From: a virus
Taxonomy: Duplodnaviria > Caudoviricetes
Reading direction: 5' to 3' (one strand)
Virus record (IMG/VR): IMGVR_UViG_3300042339_001064
Location: 1-64,000 of that record
Length of the DNA stretch: 64,000 nucleotides
This document shows, one piece after another, positions 36,301-46,900 of this stretch. The notes below the pieces were generated by a model. The model was not told where the DNA came from. It searched no databases and saw nothing but the letters and a program-made list of their open reading frames with translations. The position numbers and the translations under genes are program-made. Numbering within the stretch: position 1 is the first letter of the stretch; every line of letters starts with the position of its first letter.

Positions 36301-37955
36301 ATCCAGGTGAATATACTGATGGTAATCAAAGTTGGTTTGAAGGAAATGAAACATTTAAAATAAATATAGAAAGAGAAGGCATAACTTCAGGAATATTTGA
36401 TAATAATGAAATATTTAATCCTATTAATAGTCAAAATAGTGATGAATATAGTAATTGGGAAGTTAATTTAGTTAATGATTTAGAAAATGAAACTACTGCA
36501 GAATTTGAAATAGAACCTACTGCAGAAGAAAGTGCAAGAGCAAAGTCTGTATTTGGTACTAAACCTGTATTAGATCCTGTAACACAATTAATTACAGGTC
36601 AAGCTAATCAAGTTAATTTTGAAACTAGTTCAAATAATGTCTTAGAAGGATTTGAAGATGAAGCTGATAGTAATATTGTTTCTTTAACTAGAGTAGCTTA
36701 TGTTAAATTTAATATTACTTATGATGAGCAAAATAACAAACAATATGATGTAAGTATTTTTAATAATCAAGAATTAAATAAAAAGTTTAATAATAAAATA
36801 TTAACTGAAACAGAGGTTGAAAAACTTTTTAAAGATAATGGATTATTTTTTAGTAATAAAATAGAGTCTAATAATGTTTATGTACTTAAAGATATAAATA
36901 AAAAACCAATTAATTCTTTTCAACAAGAAAATATTATATCTAAAATAACTATCCCTGAATCTAGTATATTAAATAGTATTTATGCCAATGATTTAACTAA
37001 TCAAGAAGGAGAAATAGTTGTATTAGATACAGAAAATAAATACAATAACACTTTAAAGACTGAAAAAGATTTTAGAAATAATGCAGCATTAGGAGTAGTA
37101 GTAAATAATGCTTTAGTAGCAATTATTCCTGCTAATAAAGGAAATACTAGGAATGCCCAAGTAAGAAATAAATTAACTATTACTAAGGTAGGTAATACTT
37201 TTACTGTACAACCATTTAAAGTTAAAATTAAAAAAGTTAAAAAAGATGCATTTTTATTTAATAATCAACCTATAAGAATAAATAACTTTTTAAATAAAGT
37301 TAATGGATTTAAATCTACTATTGCTTTTGTATATGAAGTAGATAAAGTTAAAAAATTAGTTAATCCTTTTGTTAATAGAGAAGTTTCTGAATTAAATATA
37401 CCTGCAGATAATTTAACTAATAATGGAGTATTTTTAATATTAGAAAAAAGTGGAGAAAATCCTATTATTATTCCTTTGCAAACTCCTAAGTTAAGAGAAT
37501 TTTTTGAAGGAACACAAGAAGATTTAGAAAATATTAAAACTATTCTTAAAACTAGTATTTCTGATGTATTTACATCACAAGATTTACAAGGAAATTATAA
37601 TGTTTTTTTAAATAGACTTAGAACTGCTTCTGATAAAAATCCAATAATAAGTCAAATTTTTAAAATTATTCCTACAAGTATTAATGAAACATCTACTAAT
37701 ACATCTCAAAAAATAAAATTAGAAAATTTAAAATTAAATTTTAATTTAGATAATATTATGGATTATTTGTGGGATACTTTAATTACATTAAATGAAAATA
37801 CTAGAGACTTTTATTCTGTAGATTTAGATCCTGAGAACTTTTATGCTAATAACTCTGTTATAATTGATTATGATAAAAATATTATAATGGATACAAAAAA
37901 TAATGATATTACATCAAATTCTATCTTTAATCAAGATAATGATGTTTATTGCTAA
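30363..37955 (+). CDS. Giant virion ejection protein with PD-(D/E)XK nuclease-like domain
   Basis: 2530 aa; Ala/Gly-rich hydrophobic region; YKRVTS...GVAGTMDII...IIDLKT...QLGFY at ~35040-35580. Confidence 0.7.
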   Translation: MPQVNHPKYGIINFPDNMSQEDIRQALIKLDQQGNKIIQPTQQKLMQQQPVAPKPVVKQEEEQTFYNQLTNKVSQGIKGVTNFFTGEEEQTPQQKISNQIPNVNQSKSVKGYGQSNIETPKPINTNAKASELANVGYRQGSSFEEQKSVIDDNYNKESEKVKNNYLALLRMAGEENPSLDQLPPNIKLLYNKDLQPITAKYNAEINKLKAQPLTNRKGLITDINQKNKRIEQLNEGIDSYTKKVENLSKQNEFLNLAKENNPLNKPSSIIPIVGIYNIYDTYSKRKAEINKAKKQLEGGKKDLQNLKNFNIDPIQILKNTPANELPQITASLEKPIKNLLESAKKFINLEDETTIRDLNKEQETNKIWTGNVIFDWFTNNVVKRERDVVKVKNYLSDTNAKGALENTTNYYYDKVEFSNAGSKNRLQQKIVEKGWDKDINAFDEKFNALLEDFPSLKNDSNKLMGTIQNLYSTPEQQQKVLSLIQDPDFQEIVTNNEALYNLNGARIGQSLKMFQAEKINELQALKVVKNLNERQQAAQDKLELRSKESGLFSADRVNYYLQQLDKGKSYIAEYGKQQVGSLATTINPESESARKLEYSADLWKAINFAQDEGNISLFDKGVEWVNLEADKNNNYQIGFNKLGQVVDVKANDMSISVKGSQRDLIENYFYSNSSELKKQAGDIYSMPGGTSAALGGTSKAIAVGIAEEAPTIAAEVAATIFTEGAAAPLLEATLLRLGAKGITAAKASRNFSKIAGQVINTTSTYAEVKHDVEKNYKEQGLDPGLLQVITTSGAISAVSQLTPGLENKYRQIGADFVADRVKKEANNVFVEDIPKVIKSLTDDLVDIKNPSVKDYLFNKELRNYAVARFSDRMGTVAKSFRKEGLQEASEETILEPLAQVLANAANASLTGNEEYNKETLRDLGFLDPETALIAGLTGGIMSSGIEVSKASSDLNETLAANFKKDNGLNTINALQAAIKDPNKFKSLLSTFIGNSSPSGNSLTQETYNNLIESFDTVKNNFEQTKKDFNLDNDFISKLDFENPLHKSILESVGVNLKNIESFNGSKTFDNVILNSELNKVNKEKVVASLAQSLGIPNNNNQLDLTPYLDENGFFDYNKYIEIIGKDTLDEITINNIKEYNNIVGREKSTKNLINLFNKNLGPIQSQFKAQYQTAIENNPELLNPQAGFVRSIYQQNLFNKLANQTRIDRINSLLEIGQAIDKDKELREELKTLNENNKSLDKSLTSITDTYTNGYFDAQENLNNLDEEFNEIDKQLQDKLNSYLSPGLIDNLSEEKENEIKNLIRIKSDKLKEIKKTHKEFNSRFNNGLKSQTLNRKALITDAEGKRTVKDVTIDKQLEESIKGDKERLTKIKEYRKIFANLINGQATKQDLDKLKKNNRLYNKQLLEETVLPYYVSFNKEELIQAFDNDPDLLLGMFSILEDMGYVGDIQNYKNVNLDTLTSVVTDGIIKLNYNISLINNNQENLINNFDQKNGALLVNNYIKTIEENSAKNQEQPAVETPTQSSDNVQDNVISLIEKNSKLKSDFDEDEITNNFYIINDKEYKRVTSVERDELNSNENLTAGANVGNFFDSLGRFIFGNLNVTKENSDVILQAQLDYFKNNGITFNLKKDSYVEMFNNLIEQRDSLIQEGFKFITEERVLYHAYDGLKFIGEDSTGINDNTIGVAGTMDIIAVGKDGKVDIIDLKTISDNKGKDTENLKDKETNGWSKQLGFYKTLLEKIPSVKVNNTKVFVSKVKYDISDFGNTISFLNFIEPKLNTINISKSALTLINNYLSIPNLVIDKPVEIITNTEAITEEEMPDYILEQQMLLAEDSNPELPNNEDFGPDEFQLSQATGVPVTEMEGIVPIIKTEVIDLQTDNNIFFTPVNQTKAENLEIEINKLISDKNKELRNLIVNTENVDQKINKITNKYNKLITKAKKELLILQGKSPIQKTKLVNELVTGDKIIIDNKVVTVVSIYPGEYTDGNQSWFEGNETFKINIEREGITSGIFDNNEIFNPINSQNSDEYSNWEVNLVNDLENETTAEFEIEPTAEESARAKSVFGTKPVLDPVTQLITGQANQVNFETSSNNVLEGFEDEADSNIVSLTRVAYVKFNITYDEQNNKQYDVSIFNNQELNKKFNNKILTETEVEKLFKDNGLFFSNKIESNNVYVLKDINKKPINSFQQENIISKITIPESSILNSIYANDLTNQEGEIVVLDTENKYNNTLKTEKDFRNNAALGVVVNNALVAIIPANKGNTRNAQVRNKLTITKVGNTFTVQPFKVKIKKVKKDAFLFNNQPIRINNFLNKVNGFKSTIAFVYEVDKVKKLVNPFVNREVSELNIPADNLTNNGVFLILEKSGENPIIIPLQTPKLREFFEGTQEDLENIKTILKTSISDVFTSQDLQGNYNVFLNRLRTASDKNPIISQIFKIIPTSINETSTNTSQKIKLENLKLNFNLDNIMDYLWDTLITLNENTRDFYSVDLDPENFYANNSVIIDYDKNIIMDTKNNDITSNSIFNQDNDVYC

Positions 37956-37980
37956 ATTATAAAAAATAAATATTAATTTT

Positions 37981-40900
37981 ATGGCTTGCTACATTAATCC
38001 TTTCCCTAATGAAATATCTCAAGATGAGTATTTATTAATTTTAAATACTAATAATTTATATGATACTTATTTAAATATTATTAATAATGGTGAAGAAGGT
38101 TTATTAGAATTTTTTAACATTAATAAAGCTGTAATTGATAAAGGAATAAATCAAATTAAAGAATTAAGAGATTTTAAAGCTGGAAAATTAACCTCAACAG
38201 ATGTTATTATTAATAATCCTATTATTAATTATTTTATAAATAATAATATAAACTCTAATATACTTAAAACTTTAGATAAATCTTTTACAGAAATTTTTTA
38301 TAAATTAGCTAATGAAAATAATAAACCTGTATCAGACTTTATTAATATAAATGATTTATTTAAATTACCTTATCAAGAAGGAGTAAAATCTAGTAATGTT
38401 CTTATTAGATTTTTAGGTTCTTTAAATGGATATAAAAATATGTTATCTAATCAGTTAACTACAGGATTAAATAATAATAATGAAGTTTTAACAGAGTATG
38501 ATAAAATTTATATTCAACAAACTATTAACTATATTAACAGTTTAGGTGTTTTTAAAGATCTTAATTATCCTATTATTTCTTTAGAAAATTTTAAAAATAA
38601 TTTAAGATTAAAAGAATTAATTAATTATTTAGGAAGAGATGGTTTATTTAAGCTAGATAATCAATTAGTAGAAGATTTAAATAATGAAAAAGAAGATCTA
38701 GAAAATAATATTCAAATATATGAAAAAGATCCTTTAACAGAAGATCCTTCAGATAAAATATCTGCTAGACTTAAATTAATGCTTAGAGGTATTAATATGT
38801 ATGATAGTTCTGGCAACAAAGTTATAAAATCTAATATTGAATTATTTTGGAAACCTGCAGATTTAATACAAAAAATGTTAATAGCAGTTTCTAATAATAA
38901 TGTACATAATTTAACAATAGATCAAATTTTAGACAAATTAACAGTATTATCTACTCAAGAATTTTCTATATTATCTCAACCTATATCTACATTTTTAAAA
39001 AGATTAAATGCTTTAAAAACAAATAATAATTTATTTAATAGTGCAGGTCCAGATATTTATACTGATTTATTTTTATATTTTCAACAATATCCTGTAGGTA
39101 TTAAAGTTTTAGAAACTGAAACTACTATATTTAAAAATAAACCAATTTATATAAATGGTATTGAAGTTATAGAAGATATAGAAGTAAAAAGTTTAAAAAT
39201 TCAAAATAAAGTTGATTATGTAAATGCAGGTTTAAATAGAGTACGAAAAGATATATTTAATAATCTTTTAAATAGTAGCGAATTACAAAATAATTTTAAT
39301 ACTAAAAATGAATTAATATTAGCTTCTAATCAAAGTGTAGCTCAATTAGCTGAAATTATTGCAACTTTATTATCACCGAGTCTTACAACAACTCAAAAAA
39401 ATATTAAAGAACAAGTTTTTAATAAAATTAAACAAACAGATTTAAAAAATGGAATAAATTTTTTAACTGTTTTAGAAGGTATTATTAATGGTGATAATAT
39501 ATTAAACTCAAGTATAATTAATAAAGTTTATAATATTAATAATGATACATTATTTCCAGTACTTAGTCCTTCAGAATTAAGTGAAGAATTAAGTATTATT
39601 AATTCTAGCATTGCTGCTATTAAAAATGGAGTAGCTTATGAAGATACAGATTTTTATAAAAAGTTTAATGGAGATATTATTAGTATGTCATTATGGGCAG
39701 ACTATGTAAAAAATGCTAGTAATCCTTTAAGTTTATCTATATTTATTGGACATAAACTTGATGAAAATATTAAAGAAGAATATTCTGATTTTACACAAGC
39801 AGAGTTATTAGCTAATTTATTTAATGTTATAAGTTCTGGTAGTATCCCTACTCCAATTTTATCAGATAAATCTAATATTTATTTAATTGATAATTACAGT
39901 CTTAATCAAGGAGCTTTAAATCAATTAAATTTTAGACAAGATCCTATTTCATATTTTAAATATTTTATTAGTTATTTAAAAATAGATAATGAATTAAATG
40001 AGCAAATTAATAATGGTATTAATATTGGAAAAAATATTGATAAAGCTATTGCTAAGCAAAAATTAATTTTATTTAATCCTGCATTTTATGAAATTGCAGA
40101 TAATGAAGAAGTATTAGAAATTTATAATACTTATGTTAATGGAGATACTGAAAATAAACAAACTGCTGAAAAACAACTTATAGATATTATTAATAAATAC
40201 CAAACTAAATTAGGAAATGATTTATATCAAAAATTTATTGATACTAAATTAATTACTTATAATGATGATTTAGAAGGATATTATATTAATAGTAATTTAT
40301 TAGATAAAACAATTTATTTAAAAACTAAAGCAGGAGTAGAGCAATTAAAAAATAATATTAAAGAAGTTGCTGTAAAATACTATGTTTTAAATACACAAGT
40401 TAAATTACTTTCAGTAGGTCATTCAGGTTTCTTTAAAGAGAATGATGAGCAAAAAAGAGTTAAAGCTATTGCTGCAAATTCTAAAAAAGTAAATTTAAAT
40501 GCTACTTATAAAAATAAACAAATTATAACTAAAAATAGTGGTAAAAGAATTATTTTAAAAGACATAGAAAATCCCGTAGTAAATAAAATAGCTGAAGATT
40601 TTTTTCTTCAAAGATTAAAAGAAGAAAAGTTTTCTAATGAAGATATTCTTAAAAAAATGGCTAATTTGTTTTCAAATTATACTTTATTAGATGGTACACC
40701 TGTCTATTCTTTAAACAGTGCTAAATTAGATAAAATAAAAGAAGAATTTAATATTGAAGCAGCACCTTTATTAGAAAAAATAAATACTTTAAAATTAGAA
40801 AATAATTTAGAAGAAGTTGCTTTAATTCAAGAAGATTATAATAAAATTTTAACTAAATATTCTAATTTAGAAAAAGAAATTAAATTCTTGCCTACTAAAA

Positions 40901-43900
40901 AAAGTAATACTACTGATGCTTCATCTGTATCCTCTTTAGATTTTTCTAAAAAATATCATGTAGGATTAAATATGTATTCTGATAACCAAGAAGAAGCTTA
41001 TAATGCAGAATTAAATGGTAATTATTTAAATAAGTTTACAGAAAATAACTTTAAAGTTATTAAAAATATAGTATATACTAAAACTAAAAGTAAAAATTCT
41101 GATATATTACTTCCTTACATGGAAAAAACATCTACAGATAATTTTACTGCACAAAGAGTATTTTTAGGAGAAGAGCCTAATTTATACCAAGCTATGATTG
41201 GAAAAATGTTTGGTTATACTTTTAATGAAAAAAATGAATCATGGACTTATAATCCAAATAATGCAATAATAGATAAAATTGTTTATGAGAGTGCTGTTAA
41301 AGCTGAAATGCCTGTAAACCAAAATGGAGATATTGTTGTATTTGATTTATTAAAAGAAATAGAAAATAAAAATATTAAAAGTTTAGAAGATGTAAATAAT
41401 TGGAAACCTGAACAAAATTTTGAAGAAAATTATGTTATAGATATTCCTATTACTGAAGATAGATTACAAGTAGAAACTCCAGAACATTTAGAAGGTCAAG
41501 CAGATATAGGCACACAAATTGAAGGACTTATAAGTAATGGTATAGATGCAGACTCTGAATTTGTAATTAATAATAAAACATTTAATGGGCTTGAATTAAC
41601 AAATTTATTAAATCAATTAAGAGTTAATTATGTAGACAAAGGAGAAAATGATTTATATAATGAATTTTTTAAAGAAGATAGAATTTATGATTTAGTTGCT
41701 TCATTATATAATGATAGAGAATATTTAAATTTAGAGACTTTAACTCCTGAAAAATTACCCGATTTATTAAGTAATCCTCAATTTGGATTAGCTTTAGTTT
41801 CAAAAATACAATCTTTAATAAAACAAAATGTAGTTAAAACAAAAATTAATGGTATTCAATTTTTTAATGGAGTTGTTGCTAATGATAAAAGTTTAAATAT
41901 ATTAGTAGAAGATGTTATAGATGCAAATGGTAAAACTATTAAAAAATTAATATTTGAAGTAGCAGTACCTGCATTTAGTGAAAACATGTTTAAAGCAGCA
42001 TTAAATTCTGAAACAGGAAAGTTAGATGTAAATTTAATTCCAGAAGAATTAAGAGAGTTTGTTGTATATAGAATACCTACAGAAGCAATGTATTCTATGT
42101 TTGCAGTTAGAATTAAAAAATTATTACATCCTTCATCAGGACCTATTATATATATGCCAGAAGGCCCCACAAATATTGCAGGTTTTGATATGGATATTGA
42201 TAAACTATTTGGTATTGTAAAAAATTATTATTCAAAAGATAATAAATTAATTCCTATTTCTTATTCTTTAGAAAAAGATAGTAATATTAATTTTAAAGAA
42301 TGGATTAAAGAAAATATTACTGATACTGACCAATTAACTTTAAATGATTTATTTTTAGAAAAAAGTAATTTAATTGAAAAAAATCCAGATTTATTTAAAG
42401 AAAGATCTGATATTAAAAAATTAAAAGAAGAAAAAAATAAAATAATCTCTGATTTAGAAAAAGATTTAATAGAAGAATATGATCTTTCTGGAAAACAATT
42501 ATCTACAGCACTTTCAAGACAATTAAAAAATTATCCAAAATATTTAGAAATTAAAGAAACTCTTAATACTTTTTATGACTCTATTAAAATAGAAGAAAAT
42601 GAAAGTTTAAAAAATTCTGTAAAAGAAATAAATAAACAAATAAATGATATTTATGCTATTTATAAAGATTCTTGGAAAAATTTAAATGTTGCAGCACAAC
42701 TTAGTACTAGTCAATATCAAAATCTTTATTTAGATATTATTAAAGGGGTTGTTACTAATGAAAAAAGTGTAAATGAATATATTACAGGAAATGGATTTCA
42801 AAGATTAGAAGATATAAATACTGATTTAGAAAATAGAAATACTTCTAAAGAAAGTAAAAAAGATAAATTATTAAGAGCTCAAAATCCTTATAGAGATGCT
42901 AATTTAGTTAACTCTTTAAATACTTTTAGAGCTATTATGTCAGGTGCACAAAATATTGGACCTGCAGCTATTTATAACCAATTTGTAGCTTTAAATCAAT
43001 TTTTAAAGAATTTTGGAATTGAAAGTACAGTAGGATTTAATGTTAAATCAATTAATTTATTAAGTAAAAATCAAAAAGATACTGAACAATTTAATATATT
43101 TAAAGGTTTAAATAATTATGTAACTAAATCTGGGTTAAAACCAAATATGGCTATTGCTGAGTTATTAGCACAAGCAGTAGATAATATTAAGAAAGATTTA
43201 TCTGTTCCTTTAAATTTACAAAAACAATTAGTAGGATTAAGATCTTTATTATATATTACAGGTTTAGATGAAAATATTGTTGATAGAATATTTACAGATT
43301 ATCCTCTAGTAGATAAAATTATTAAAGAATCTATTGAATCAGATGATATTAATAGATATAAAAATAATATATTTAAATATAATTTATATGATTTATCAGA
43401 AAAACCTAGTAAATTTATATTTTTAGATAAAGATGAAAAAATAAACATTAATTTAGAATTATTAAATAAAAAATTTAAACCAGGTAATTTAGTATCAGAC
43501 ATATTATCTTCTGATATTTCAGAAGAAGAAATAGTTTATTTTTTACATGAAATGTTAGAATTAGCTAATGAGTTATCTGATATTATAAACACTATTAATT
43601 ATTATCAAAAAGGGTTAGGTAAAAACTTTGCTAGTTTAATTTTTTCTTATGATAAAACAAAGCAATTATTAAATTCTACTTTATCAAATAACTTTAGTAT
43701 TGATTTGTCAAATAGTTTTATAGAATATAAACTTCAAAAGTTAGTTGAAATTACAGAAAATATATATAGTAATTTTAATATTAATTTAGAAGATCCAAAT
43801 TTTAATTTCTTTAAACAATATTTTCAAAGACTTAATAATTCAAAATATTTAGGATATTTATTTAATGCTAATTTAAGTTCTAACTTATATTTAAATTTAT

Positions 43901-46900
43901 TAGCAGAGTTTGGTTCTGCAGAAAATCTTAAAAAAGCATATTTTAAAGAAGTTTCTGATTTAAAATTAATTTTTGGACAAAATACTATAATAGAAAAAAC
44001 TGGAGATAATTATGTAAAATCAGATGTGCAAAATTTAAATTTAAATATTTTAAATTCTATTATTAGATTTGTAGATAATAATCCTTTCTTTGAAGAAAAT
44101 ATAAAAAATATAACAATTTTAAAACAACTTTATCCTTTTGATATACAATTTTTAGGCCAATCAGAATCTTTTAATAGTTCTTTGAATCCTAAAAATATTA
44201 TTGATATAATGTCAATAGATAATAAAACTTTATATTACGGAGGTAATCAAGATATTATTACTGAAGATAATGTATTTAGTGCACAAGAAATTACTCAAAA
44301 GTTATTTTTTATTAATATGGTTCAATCAGGATTATTTAGTGGAAAAAACAATAAAGGAAGAAGTAATGTATTTGATTTGTTATTTTTAGATAATATTATT
44401 TTACAAAACTTTTTATTATATATTAATAAACCATATTCTTATTTATTAAATAATTCAGTAGTAAACCCAGAAATACTTAGAAATAGTTCAAATGTTTTAA
44501 GTGCTTATACTGATTTTATTCTTTTAAATAATCCAGAAGGATTTAATAAATATACTCGAAGTTTAGAAGATACTTATTTATTAGATAATAATACTAAAAA
44601 ATTAATTAAAAATATATTTGTTAATAGTACCCCTATAACATTAAATAATAATTATTTAGATGTTTATGTTATAGATAAATCTATTATACTTCCTACAGAT
44701 GATCCTAAAAAATTAGTAAAATTAGGTAACTTTTTAAATTCTACTTATATTACTTTTAATGATAACGGATCTAAAAAATTATTTAAATTAGTATATAGTT
44801 TAGGTAATAATTTATTATATAAAAATCTAGGAATTATTGGTGGTAATTTATTATCAAATGAATTCAGTGGAAAAATAAATCCTATTGCATTTAATTTTTT
44901 AGATGAAGTTATAAGTAATTTAGGTATTACTCGTTCTAATATAGAAAGTAGTGATGTAAATCTTGCAAATCAAGTTATTGGTACTTGGAGTAAACCAGCA
45001 ATTCAAACTCCTGTAAATACAACTGTTGAAACTATATCTACACCTCAAAATCCTATTAAGATTTATTCTGATGGATCTGACATAAAAGGAACAGGTAAAG
45101 TAGGTTTTGGTGCTGTATATGAATATAATAATAAAGAGTATGCTTTAACAGGCACAGAAGAAGGCTTTGAAGTTAAAGATTTACAAAAAATGTTTCCTGA
45201 AGCTAAATTTAGTAATCCTACTATGGAAATGTTAGCTCTTGTAAGAGTACTTCAATCATTCTCTAATAATTCTGAACATCTTTCTATTTATCAAGATTAT
45301 AAGGGTGCTGTAAACTATAATGAATTATGGAACTACTCTGAAGGATCTCAGCAAAGAGAGTCAAAACCTTGGAATGCTAAAGAAAGTTATATCAAATATT
45401 TAGTTGCACAAGCTGTAGATGCTATAAAGAAAATTGAAACTAACGGTGGTTCAGTAAAAATTAACTGGGTAAAAGGACATGCTGGTAATAAAATGAATGA
45501 CAGAGCTGACTTTTATGCTAAAAGTAGAGAAAACTTTAATAATTTAACAGAGCCTCTTAGTAAAACATTTATTGAACCTACTACTCAACCATCTACTGAT
45601 GTTAAAACTAAACAAGAAGAACAAAGTAAATTATTTCAATTACCTTCAACAGAAGGTCAAGTAGCATCAGAAAAAACTATTAGAGATTTAGCTGCAAGAA
45701 TGTCTGATAGAATAGGTATGCCTGTTAAGTTTGAATCTGATAGAACTAAACAATATAAAGGTAAAATTGAAAATAATATTGCTTATGTTAATTTAGCTTA
45801 TGCTACATTAGATACTCCTATACATGAGATATTAGGTCATCCTATTATTAGAGCAATTAAAGGTAAAAATAAAGGTTATGTAGTAAAAGGATCTACTATA
45901 ACAGATAAAGCTACTAATAAAACTTATATTGTTAAAGAAGTAACTGAAGATTATGATTTTGTCATAGAAGAAAATGGTAAAGATATAACTGTTGATAGTT
46001 CTACTTTTGAATGGAATACTAATGCAATATCTCAATTATACCAAAATCTACTTAAAGAACTTGAATATGGTAAAGGTAAAGAAGTATTAGATAGGATTAA
46101 AAGGGATTACAAAGAGTATGAAAAAAATTTAACAGCAGTTAAATCTGAAATAAACAGAATACAAAATATTATTTCTAAGGGTTATCTATACGAAATAGAT
46201 GGGAATCTTTTTAACAAAAAAGATGCTATAGAATACTCTATAGATAATAATTATGATTTTGAAGAAGAAATAGAATTTGATTCTTATGCAAATTTAGAAA
46301 TTAACTTATTAAGACAACAGCAAATATTAGAAGAAAAAAATTCTGTTTCTAAAAGTAATGTTGCTGAAGATTTTATTATAGATGATAAAGAAATAAGAAT
46401 TGTTTATAATTTAGAAAAAGTTCAAGAAGAAGCTATTGTAGAACTTCTTGGTATGATGACTGCTGAAAAACTTGATAATGTTAAAGACGGTAAATTAATA
46501 TCTTTACTTAAAAGATTACTTAAAGAAATGAAACAATTTATTCGTTCTTTAATTAATCAGAAAGAAGTTGAGATTGATAAATTACCTGATAATATGACTA
46601 TTAATGATTTAGCTGATTTATTAGCTTATTCTAATAGTAAACTTATATTACCTGGGTATGAAGTAGAATATACTACTCCTGATAATATGAAGTTTAAAAC
46701 TTATCAAGAAGCTAGTAATCATATTAGTCAATTAGCTAAAAATGTTAAAGATGTTGATTTAGATAATATTTCTTTATTAAAAGAAAAACCTAAATATAAA
46801 ATAGGAGATTATTTTGGACAATATGAAAAAGGATTTGTAGAACAAGAAGGTCTAAATAAAATAGAAACACAAGAAGAAGCAGACTATTTAAATTCAAAAG

